NCBI GenBank assembly: GCA_946965045.2 | Contig: OX337228.1 | Location: 1,364,001 to 1,428,000 of the forward strand | From: Epithemia pelagica | Lineage: Eukaryota > Protista > Bacillariophyta | Direction of reading: 5' to 3' | Length of the DNA: 64,000 nt | Part shown: positions 1 to 9,484 of the stretch, piece by piece | Numbering within the stretch: position 1 is the stretch's first letter | Layout: each line of letters begins with the position of its first letter | Notes under the pieces: generated by a model | The model's database searches: none | What the model was told of the DNA's origin: nothing | Seen by the model: only the letters and a program-made list of their open reading frames with translations | Made by a program: the position numbers and the translations under genes

Positions 1-784
1 GGGAAGCCACTGCCGCAGAAGCCGACTTTTTCTCGAGATATTCAATGGTAAAGGGACAGTCGGGTCGCTGTGCCTCATTCTTCGTTGTCGCAGCGTCGGA
101 TGCACCAAATTTTTGTTTCAAGAGGGGAGCCAACTGTTGCGATTTCCATTGCTCAAAATCTCCTTCCAAATCGTCGTCGTCATTTCCCAAGGCCAAGGGC
201 AACAGTCGTTCGCCTTTGCAAACGTCAGCCAAGGCCTGGTCAATAAATTTGCCCATGGCATTGTAATGCTCGTATTGTTTGTTTCCCAAACCAAAGACAC
301 AAAATTCCAATGCAAGTTTCGTTGGTGGTTCTTGTTTGGATTCTTCTGGTTCATTTTCTTTTTCCGTTTGTTGTTGTTGTTGTTCTTGCAATTGGGAAAT
401 GAGCTGAGACGCATTGTCCGTTGGTTCGCCTTCGCCATAGGTGGCGACGAGCCAAATGCTGGGCGATTGAATCTCTTGTGGCGACGGCAAATCTTCGACA
501 TCAATGACTTGACACTGTACCAGGTTCACCAATTCCCGTTGCAACTGTCGCGCAAAGGACTCTGCTGTCCCGGTTTGACTGGCATAGTAGACAAAGAGCT
601 GTGGTGCCGATGAGTCGCTCGGTTGGTCGTCATCCTTGTTGGGATCAGTCGAACGAACAGCCTTGTTGTGGTTCTTATTCGTGTTGCTCTGGAACAACAC
701 ATACGCCAAAGAAGACGCCAACAAGACGGTGGAAACACCCGTTCCTACCAACACCCACAACAACGACGAGTCTTCTCCAAGCAT
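1..784 (-). CDS. POR: NADPH-cytochrome P450 reductase (diflavin reductase), 5' part; runs off the left edge
   Basis: Open minus frame from ATG 784 to the edge, absent from the ORF track because no stop falls in the window. It reads MLGEDSSLLWVLVGTGVSTVLLASSLAYVLF (membrane anchor), then FMN-domain motifs LFVYYASQTGTAESFA, VATYGEGEPTDNA, FCVFGLGNKQYEHYNAMG and LGNDDDDLEGDFEQW. Confidence 0.9.
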   Translation of the reverse strand, partial: MLGEDSSLLWVLVGTGVSTVLLASSLAYVLFQSNTNKNHNKAVRSTDPNKDDDQPSDSSAPQLFVYYASQTGTAESFARQLQRELVNLVQCQVIDVEDLPSPQEIQSPSIWLVATYGEGEPTDNASQLISQLQEQQQQQTEKENEPEESKQEPPTKLALEFCVFGLGNKQYEHYNAMGKFIDQALADVCKGERLLPLALGNDDDDLEGDFEQWKSQQLAPLLKQKFGASDAATTKNEAQRPDCPFTIEYLEKKSASAAVAS

Positions 785-1572
785 TGTCGTTCTTGATTCA
801 AGATCTAAGGGTGATACTAGTAATGGACTCTTTGTCCTCGATACAGCCAGACTTTGCAGAGAGGATCATAGCGAAATAGAGATAGAACCACGCAAGACAA
901 AGAGCGAACGATGACCACGTCACGGAATGCATCGATCGCGCTTCTTCTCGATTGAGCGGCCTATATGCGACGGCTCATTCGCTTTTGTAGGACGCGGTCG
1001 CATCACAATGGGCATCTCATCTCCACAATAATGACATTCGACATTCGACGCTCTAACCGTAGTAAGGTTAGAAGATAGAGACAACCTCTCTCGAGCCTCT
1101 TTTTAGAGTCGTAGACCAGGATGTCATTCGTCTCCAGAACGAGCTCCCGCAGGGGTTGTACAGGGGTATGTATGATGGAACGTTGCGCGAACACGCAACT
1201 CGTACTAATTACCTACTCCTATCGCCTTGCCATTTTCATAGAGCTTTCCTATTGTCAGGATGCTATAGATGCAAGACAGACGGATGATTTTCTGATCATT
1301 GTGCCAGGGTTCCGAACCATATTGTTCAGACCATGCAAATTATAGTGTTGTCACAGAACTCGTATATTTCCCCTCATGATGTATCCTTCGAATCATATCA
1401 CGATAAGAAGCCTCCCTTTACCAACGTAGTCCATACCACTTCGTGCCTTAGAGTGGTGATCATGATGAGGGTATGTTGGTTCTGTCGCGTGTCTGGTTCA
1501 TCCTCCGTTGCCTCGTTCTCTCTCTCTGTCTCTCTTCGTCCATCATCGTGCCGTGCTTCTTGGATCCCCAAT

Positions 1573-1622
1573 GGGTAGGTATACCGAATGGGCATCCGGG
1601 TAGGTATACCGAATGGGCATCC
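1573..1622. repeat. Exact 25-bp tandem duplication (GGGTAGGTATACCGAATGGGCATCC x2)
   Basis: Read directly: 1573-1597 equals 1598-1622. Confidence 0.95.
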
Positions 1623-1972
1623 ATTTTGGAGTATTGCCTTCCCCTCCGATGCAAAAGCTTTGTGTCTGAAATGTCACTGGGTCTTGGGATCTAATGACCA
1701 CATCACAATCGCTCCTTTCCTCTCCACATTCCACGGTCGGTCATTGTCGTTGGTCATCGGACCTTGGGACTTGGGACAATGGCTTGTAGCACATCTTCAT
1801 TATCATTCCCGGTTAGGGCAATACAATAATAGATGACAAAAAACTTCGAATACGCCCAACAAGAATCAAATAGGTCCGAAATCCGGAGCCGCAATCCCGC
1901 AACAAATGCCACTGCTTCCAAAATCACTTGCCTCTCATTTGAGAACAAGAGACGACGAAGAAGAAAGGCACA

Positions 1973-2519
1973 ATGAAACTTGGTTGGCTTGTAGCGTTCA
2001 TTTGCTTGGTTGTAGCCTCCGCTGACGGGGTGGCAAAAGACTGTCCCGATGCCGAGCACACGTGTGGTCCTTGTTGGGGTAGGTGATATATGCGCACACA
2101 AAATAAGAATAGGGTGTCGTGGATGGTATAGACACAATTCATTCCGGAATGGTGGTGGTTGGGTCGTCGGTTGTGACGACTGGCCATGCCGCCAAACAAG
2201 ACGCGCGTCTTCTCTCCTCCTAACACAAAAGAATAACATAAGTAGCTCGAGCGATTTCGAAACATTGGTTCTCACAAAAAGTCTCTGGCTGTTTCTTGTT
2301 CGTTACCAGGTGAAGCGGACGAGTACGATCCGGATACTGGTACGTCTTTCTTCTTCGTAGATGGAACGAATCTCGTGCTACTGGACACACCATCTGACGT
2401 ATCTCTTGTTGTTGTTGTTGTGTTGTTGTTGTTGTGCAGGTCGCATCGAACCCAAGGGCCCAACACCAGCTCCCACTCACAAGGTGACATATGTCAACCC
2501 ATGGGGTAGTGTACCGTAA
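1973..2519 (+). CDS. Small secreted Cys-rich peptide gene A; exons 1973-2078, 2310-2339, 2440-2519
   Basis: Spliced product MKLGWLVAFICLVVASADGVAKDCPDAEHTCGPCWG-EADEYDPDTG-RIEPKGPTPAPTHKVTYVNPWGSVP*. It has a signal peptide, GTAGGT and GTACGT donors, CAG acceptors and two phase-1 introns. It resembles the N-terminus of the vWA gene at 5054-6950. Expression is unverified. Confidence 0.55.
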
Positions 2520-2767
2520 GCAACTTTTCACCGCACACAAGGACAGAATCGTTGGGGTGATGGGCACTCTGTTTTCTTCCTTCTCCTCCCCAAGAGAGAA
2601 GAGAGAGATGACGTGACTCATCAAGGAGGAGGAGTGTCCCATCTTTAAGTCTCCAGCCGAAACTGTCCACAATCCATATGTTCCATCATTTATCACTATC
2701 AAAATCAATATCGTAGAAGCATTTAAAAACCGTGTTCGAGCCTCCTGGTTCGGGCTGATCCGGATAC
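2327..2767 (+). repeat. Duplicated segment copy 1 (shared with copy 2 over 2335-2758), flanked by 11-bp direct repeat GATCCGGATAC
   Basis: Matches 3957-4377 apart from about 4 substitutions and one 3-bp indel. GATCCGGATAC occurs at 2327-2337 and 2757-2767. Confidence 0.92.
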
Positions 2768-3673
2768 CACGGATCCCTAACCACTACTCATCCAGTCTAT
2801 TGAAGAGGATGAGAACAAACATTCATTACACAAAGACACACACACACACATTCTCGAGAGTCATGGTGCGTGGTTTCGAGAATCTGCCATTGTGTGTACA
2901 GTCAGTGCAGCCGGGGATGGCCACCTGTGTATAGATACGTACGGGTGATCACCAAGATGAGTGTGGATTTTTTCGAGTTTCTCATGATAACTTTCACCGA
3001 CCTTGGAATCTATAGTATCCTAATGGTCGAACAACAATTAGGAGAATGGTATACATGGTTTGTTTTACTTGAGCATTCTCCTAGAGGTAGAGGAAAGGAG
3101 GGAACATTCTCCCTAGTCCAACCAGTGTCCTCTTTCTTACATGATTGCTCCTTGCACTGGTAGTCCACTATCGTTGTTGCTCAAACACAGGGACCAAATA
3201 GCAACCGACTCTGCAATCGCCCAAAGTGGCATCCTCGGTACTCCTGATAACTTCGACCGGCCATGGAATATCGTAAATGGTATTACAGTTTATAATGATA
3301 TTTATGTTTGTTTTACTTGAGCGACCCGCTTGCTGATTCCTCACGATCGGGCAGCGATTTCCCCAGTCATTTTACGACCTGATCGTATCACCAAAAGGAC
3401 ATTATTGCTCTATAGGCGTAAGTAATTGGACTGCTGTAGTCATTGGTGGAATGTCTATGTCTTACCAGTATCCCAGTCATCATAGTTCCCAATAGACCCC
3501 CAAGATACATATTATTTATGCCCTGAATCTGGGTGTTACGCAGAGAGATCTCGTTCCTTCGCCGCGCGAGAGGTTCGTCTTTTTGTTGTCAACGTTGAGC
3601 ACACAATTGGTCCTCTTGCCACATTCGATTTGATTTGTCTTTTTTCTCTTCATAACACACCTCTACCTCTAGA

Positions 3674-4141
3674 ATGATGAACATGAAGATCTTTGTAGCT
3701 ACTTTGTTGGCAGCCTTGATGCCCGTTGCCGTCTTGGGTGACGGTGTAAGTATCCGTACGTGATGGTTTCGGAAGGAGATGGGTGGGTAACAGGAAGCTT
3801 CTCTTCTGACTCGGTTCCTTTTGCTTGATTTCTTTTTGTTTTGCGTTGCTCTTGCGTATCTTGCCTCGTCTCGACACATTGTAACGATTGATCGGCAATC
3901 CTCAATGGCGGCGGCATTACAGATGAATGTATTCACGTAGTGTGTGGAGACAGTTGTACTGGTACGTCTTTCTTCTTCGTAGATGGAACGAATCTCGTCC
4001 TACTGGACACACCATCTGACGTATCTCTTGTTGTTGTTGTTGTGTTGTTGTTGTTGTGCAGGTCGCATCGAACCCAAGGGCCCAACACCAGCTCCCACTC
4101 ACAAGGTGACATATGTCAACCCATGGGGTAGTATACCGTAA
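3674..4141 (+). CDS. Small secreted Cys-rich peptide gene B; exons 3674-3743, 3923-3961, 4062-4141
   Basis: Spliced product MMNMKIFVATLLAALMPVAVLGD-DECIHVVCGDSCTG-RIEPKGPTPAPTHKVTYVNPWGSIP*. It has a signal peptide, and its 39-nt exon 2 with phase-1 introns matches the vWA gene. The first donor is ambiguous (GT at 3744 versus GTAAGT at 3746). Confidence 0.55.
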
Positions 4142-4377
4142 GCAACTTTTCACCGCACACAAGGACAGAATCGTTGGGGTGATGGGCACTCTGTTTTCTT
4201 CCTTCTCCTCCCCAAGAGAGAAGAGAGAGATGACGTGACTCACCAAGGAGGAGTGTCCCATCTTTAAGTCTCCAGCCGAAACTGTCCACAATCCATATGT
4301 TCCATCATTTATCATTATCAAAATCAATATCGTAGAAGCATTTAAAAACCGTGTTCGAGCCTCCTGGTTCGGGCTGA
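3957..4377 (+). repeat. Duplicated segment copy 2 (putative donor: intron 2, last exon and 3' flank of gene B)
   Basis: Near-identical to 2335-2758; no flanking direct repeat. Confidence 0.92.
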
Positions 4378-5053
4378 GGAATGAAGTTAAATTATGGTTT
4401 CCTGAAACTCGTAAGCTATTTGTGTATCGAGACTCTGGTGGACCACAAGGTATTGCACCAAGAGTATCTGTAAAGGGTATCCCACAACTGGTATACGATC
4501 AGCCTCCTTGTGTGGGGTCGGTCTTGAGAGAAATGAGGTTTTGTTTTCGTGGGAGCACTCATGAGACTGGCAGTAGTGGAGGAACTCTCGTAACGCCCTT
4601 GTAACGCCATTTGCTGGTGTCTAGGAACCCCCTGTCAATGCATACTTGGCTGCCACACAGAAATCAATGTGTTCAACTACATGTTCTCTCCATTCGACAT
4701 ACTTCGTCTTGTAGTAGTTACTGGTCGATTATTGGGTGAAGGCATTTGTGTTCGCCCTCTTGAAACATGAATGGGAGTCTCGGATGTTACGGTGATCTGA
4801 CCATAGTGAAAATTTCGTCACGGGACCAGCAGACAACGGCTAGGAGTAGGTAGTACTCCGAACGACCAACCCTCAGCTATGCTGGGCTCAATGACCTACC
4901 ATTACCTCAACAGTACGTGTCTTGTTCAGCAATAATGTTATGACAATGCAATAATACTAAAATATGTAAGTTATGTTGGGTATCTGTTGTGTGTGTTTTC
5001 GATAGTGGTTTTGGTTTGATGGTTCTCCACAGAGTTGCCACGACAACCGCAGT

Positions 5054-6950
5054 TTAATAGTGCATCGTTTCCACAAAAGTCGAAATGATAATGTTGTCAA
5101 TGAACATGAAAGAATTTCCTGGCGTGCTATCGGCGTGAATACGGAATAACATGTTCACGTTGTTATCGGGAACTTTGTACCACTTTTCCAAGTGACCTTC
5201 AATAGCGTGGTTAAAATGGACAGAAATATGGTAGGAATGCTCGACCCAGCTGTCGCCACCATCAACGGAATAGTCCAAATGAAAGTGCTCACCGTAGTCA
5301 AACCAGTTATAGACCGCGTAACTAAACGTGACTCGGGCAAAAGTACTGCCCATGACATCGACGGGAGGCGAGAGCATGTATTGGTCGTTGGCAGGATTAT
5401 TGTCTCCTTCCGTCAATGTGTCATCAACGAGAATGACACACCAGTTACTTGCGTCGTCATCGTGGGGACAGCTGTAGTTGAACTTGCCATTCCCAATCAA
5501 TTTCTTTCCGCCAGTACTGCCAACAAATTCCCAATTCGAAGTGCCGTCCTCAAATGTGTCAACGACCACTGGTGTCCACGAGCCTTCTTTATAGGAATCC
5601 CCAGAACCACAACGAGCCTTCTCGAGGAGGATTTCGACGGATTCTTCAGCTGCCAAGGCCCCATAGCCCTCCAAAACAACCGTATCGCCTGAAGCAATTT
5701 CTTCCATCAAGGTCATGTTCACGCTTCCCGTTTCAATAACCACGGGAAGAACGGCAATGTGCGCATCTTGAGCGTTGCGCGACTGTCCAACGGCATAAGC
5801 ATGATGCTTGGCATTGTCCTTGTTCCTTTCCTCGAAATCATCACCGATGGTAGAAGTTCCATCAGCGACAACAACGATGGCTCGATCATTTTCGGAATCC
5901 TTCAAGGTCTCGTAACAGGATCTAATGGCATCTCCTGTATTGGTGTATCCTCCCTTGAAAGGAATAGTGCTCAAGCTTCCAGTAGCAGCTGTGGCGTCAG
6001 TCAAGTTTGACACAATTTCCGATTCATCGGAGAAGACAACGATAGAAAAGTGTAGATCAGGTGTCGTTGCCTCGTCCAAAGCTGTTATGAATTTCTCGGC
6101 ATAGTGAAGCATACTGGCAAAGTTGTCACAGCACGTATCCTCTCCGTTATAGGACGGATCAGTGGAATATTTGGCACAACTGCATCCATAACAATCGTAT
6201 GTTTGGTCGGTTGAACAAATGGATCCTGACATGTCCAACGCCACACAAACGTCCAATTTTCGATCGCAGCTTTTTTCGGTGGGAGCACCGGTCGGAACGC
6301 TGGTAGGAGCACTGGTAGGGGCGCTGGTCGGCGAAGGTTCTGGAACGTGACCCCAGGGATTGATGTATTCCTTGGTGGGTGGTTGGGTAGGGGCATTTTT
6401 TTTATCGCAATCATCAATACATTTGCGGCCTAGTCGTAGTAAAAGTATGACAGATTTGGGGATAGATATCAGATTGAACGTGGAGCAGTCGAACGCAGTG
6501 AGTGAGGAGTTTCCAAGAACAGTGCTGAGAATGTCCAGTTTCGATTCAAACAAAGATAATGAACTTCATCTCAAGACAAGGACAACGAGAGGAACACACG
6601 TACCGGTGCAAGTACTACTACCGCACACCTCCCATGGACATGCTGTATTTGTGAGGTTTCAGAATGTTATCATTCGAGCGAAAAGCGTCCGATAGGATTA
6701 TCAACAAAACAGCAACAACCAGATCACCAACAACAGCAACAAGAAAGAAAACAAAAGTTAGAGAACACCAAAACAGTGGAAAACAGAAGTTAGAGAACAC
6801 CAAAACAATGCCCACCCCCATGCCCTCTCTCGTGCACCTCTCAGCCACTCGTCGCGCACCTTTGGATCCAACTCCATCTCCTCGAGCCAGTGGCATCCAA
6901 ACAGCCACTAGCGACCAACCAGCAACGGCAAACTTCATCTTCTTGATCAT
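5054..6950 (-). CDS. Secreted von Willebrand factor A domain protein with PTS mucin-like linker and C-terminal beta-sandwich; exons 6860-6950, 6604-6642, 5054-6429
   Basis: Signal peptide MIKKMKFAVAGWSLVAVWMPLARG, Cys-rich ACPWEVCGSSTCTGRKCIDDC and PTSAPTSAPT repeats. MIDAS residues are intact (LDMSGS, GGYTNTG, VVADG). The C-terminal domain reads DTFEDG...LSPPVD...DYSVDGGDSW. Both introns are GT-AG and preserve frame. Confidence 0.85.
6747..6807. repeat. 32-bp-period tandem duplication inside intron 1 of the vWA gene
   Basis: GAAAACA(A/G)AAGTTAGAGAACACCAAAACA at 6747 and 6779. Confidence 0.85.
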
Positions 6951-7921
6951 GTGCTTCTTCACACCAAACACCAGCAACAATGGAAGGATGACCCACAACG
7001 AACTGTGAACTGGAAATTATGGGATGGACAAAAGGCAGTCCAGTTTGGTGGTGCCAGTGAAGTTACCAGTGTGGTGAGCGAATGTAGTGTTCGTATTAGA
7101 CCCTTTAAATTCGTGTTCAGCAAAGACCCAATTGATATTCACTAGGCAATTGTATCAACTTCTCAAGTGACCCTGGAATACTGGTACAATGGTGTGTATT
7201 GCCTGAACGACTGCTTACAATTGGAAGTCGTTTATGGGCAATACACAAACTATCAGGATGGGGTCATGGAAAGAATGACCTAGAACATGATACTGCAAGA
7301 TCAAGATGACCTCTTACGAGATACGAGTACGAGTACGAGTACAAGATACAAGAAGCAAACCACAGAAAATACAAGATGGTTGCGAGTCTAATAGCTTGAC
7401 CTTTTAGACCAATCTCTCTAGAGAGCTAGAAAAATCTTATTATAGTCTGGGTATAGCGAGAAGCGGCTTCCTTGGGTCTACCTACAATAAGAGATTTTCT
7501 CTAGAGACTGGTGATCCGGATATTCTACTAGTAAAGTGCGGATAGAAATATAATTCGAATCTTGTAGTTTTAAGCAAAATCCCTTAGACAGTCTAAGCTC
7601 ATTGCCACTTGCCACACCCAGCCGACATCACCACAAGACCGACCAACGACCAAGCCATGACCCCCAGGTGACCGTGACCCTGAGACCTGAGACATCTCAA
7701 CGAAGATATCTAAATTAATATAGGACAATACGGGAATATCCAGAGAGGAGTACCAGTTCGTCGGACTCTACCTAGTTGGTAGAGTTCGTATTCGTAGTCT
7801 ACTCATAGTCTTCACGACCGTCCATCCTGGCGAAAGATACCGTCCTGTACGAGTATTTTGGAAGACCGACTCCTACCAGTACGAGTACAAGTACGAGTAC
7901 TCCTACACAACAAGGACTCCT

Positions 7922-8172
7922 CTAGTGCCTAGTCTACCGGTCTCTGTCCTCATATGAGGACATCATGTCCAAGATATTAAAGCCTGGCAACCTTTACCTA
8001 GATATTAAAGCCTGACAACTGGTACTATGACCAAACTAAACCTGAGGAAAACGATGGTGCCATCCATTTTTCTCTATGCTGCAAAGAATACCATGAACTG
8101 AGATGTGCCAAATAATGTGTCCTCATATGAGGATATGTCCTCATATGAGGACAATGGTAGACTAGACACTAG
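7922..8172 (+). mobile_element. MITE-like non-autonomous DNA transposon, copy 1
   Basis: Terminal inverted repeats CTAGTG(C)CTAGTCTAC...GTAGACTAGACACTAG, no coding capacity, subterminal TCCTCATATGAGGA palindromes. A second near-identical copy lies at 8260-8507. Confidence 0.8.
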
Positions 8173-8259
8173 ACGATCTATTTGCATGACTACTCCCTAC
8201 CAGTTTTTAATTTGACTCAAGTGGCATCTTTCAATGAGCAAACAAAAAGACTGCTTACA

Positions 8260-8507
8260 CTAGTGTCTAGTCTACCATTGTCCTCATATGAGGACATATC
8301 CTCATATGAGGACACATTTGGCACATCTCAGTTCATGGTATTCTTTGCAGCATAGAGAAAAATGGATGGCACCATCGTTTTCCTCAGGTTTAGTTTGGTC
8401 ATAGTACCAGTTGTCAGGCTTTAATATCTTGGTACCGGTTGCCAGGCTTTAATATCTTGGACATGATGTCCTCATATGAGGACAGAGACCTGTAGACTAG
8501 ACACTAG
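8260..8507 (-). mobile_element. MITE-like element, copy 2, inverted relative to copy 1
   Basis: Its reverse complement matches 7922-8172 except for a few substitutions and a 3-bp indel. TIRs are CTAGTGTCTAGTCTAC and GTAGACTAGACACTAG. Confidence 0.8.
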
Positions 8508-9484
8508 ACGTTCACTAAAAATAAAACAAGAGATTTGAGATTTAGACTCCAGAGTGTGTTCATGTTTTTGTCATAGGCTGCCGAAGGTAGGTTGTTGATA
8601 GCTTTTAGCTCGCTGTCTGTACACATCCTTTCCGAGTTGCATCGTCTCGTGTTACCATGAAGAGGATCCAGTTCTTGCTGGCAAACAGTTGGAATGGACA
8701 ATCGAGGAAAGACGCGTCAAGAAGATGAACACTCCAAACTGCCAGAATTTTTCCTTCGTTGTCGTACCTCCTCCTTTTGGTCGCTGCCATGGAACGCTGG
8801 TCGACATGCATGAGTACCATGAGAATGGGAAACAAACAACAACACGACCGGCCTGTACAACAAGAATCCAACAACCAACCAGTCTAGTTCGAAGGTTGCA
8901 ACTCCGTTGCCAAGATCGGACAAAGATCACAGGGAGAGAAGTTCTGTGTTGACAATGGAAAGACTGGCGTTTCACCTTGTCACGCAGAGTCTCTCACAGA
9001 ATCTCGAATCCTGGATCAATGAGCAATCCGAAGTACGACTTGAAGAAACCAGAGAACCAATGAAAGTGTCATCTGTCTGTTTGCGTTTTGGCAAGGGTAC
9101 AATTTCCAAATCTTTTTCTGCCATTGTCAGGGTTCTCGTTGACAGCACTGTCGGAGACAAGCCAGACTCGTGTCTCTGGTACAGTTCATCCTGGCTGTGT
9201 GCACGTTGTGTGGTTGTGGATATAGGGACTCGTAAATCTGGTCCGGAAAAGGAGACTACCAGCGCTGTAAGTTTGGTGCGGTGCTGACTTTCAGTCCAAC
9301 CAAATGGGACAAGAAACCTTTCAAACACACACGATATTCTTTTGGCATGACACGATAAAAAACCAACTGAATCACCCTTGGTTTGAAACCATGAAAGTGA
9401 CACCCTTGTCGGAAGTCGGAACTCGCCTTTGGATGCAGAGAATCTCGGGGCCTGTGTGCATTCGTTTGGAAAAACCACAATCAC
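8504..9484 (-). pseudogene. Decayed reading frame of unknown origin
   Basis: ORFs 8972-9484, 8717-8923 and 8504-8701 share one frame, giving 327 codons with only 3 internal stops. The frame ends inside the MITE TIR. Confidence 0.35.

Noticed and set aside
2335-4377. LTR retrotransposon/TRIM reading of the two 424-bp direct repeats
   Set aside because: No TG...CA ends, PBS or PPT. The repeat is an intron-exon-3' flank of a host gene, and the direct-repeat TSD flanks only copy 1 rather than the whole unit.
4351-4377. tRNA T-loop-like GTTCGAGCC...GGTTCGGG
   Set aside because: No acceptor, D or anticodon stems can be built around it.
4380-4750. Stop-poor frames on both strands after repeat copy 2
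   Set aside because: No recognisable motif and several stops, so the strand cannot be determined.
7322-7900. (GAGTAC)n hexamer runs at 7322 and 7878, and an imperfect inverted repeat at 7426-7504
   Set aside because: Short simple repeats; too degenerate to define an element.
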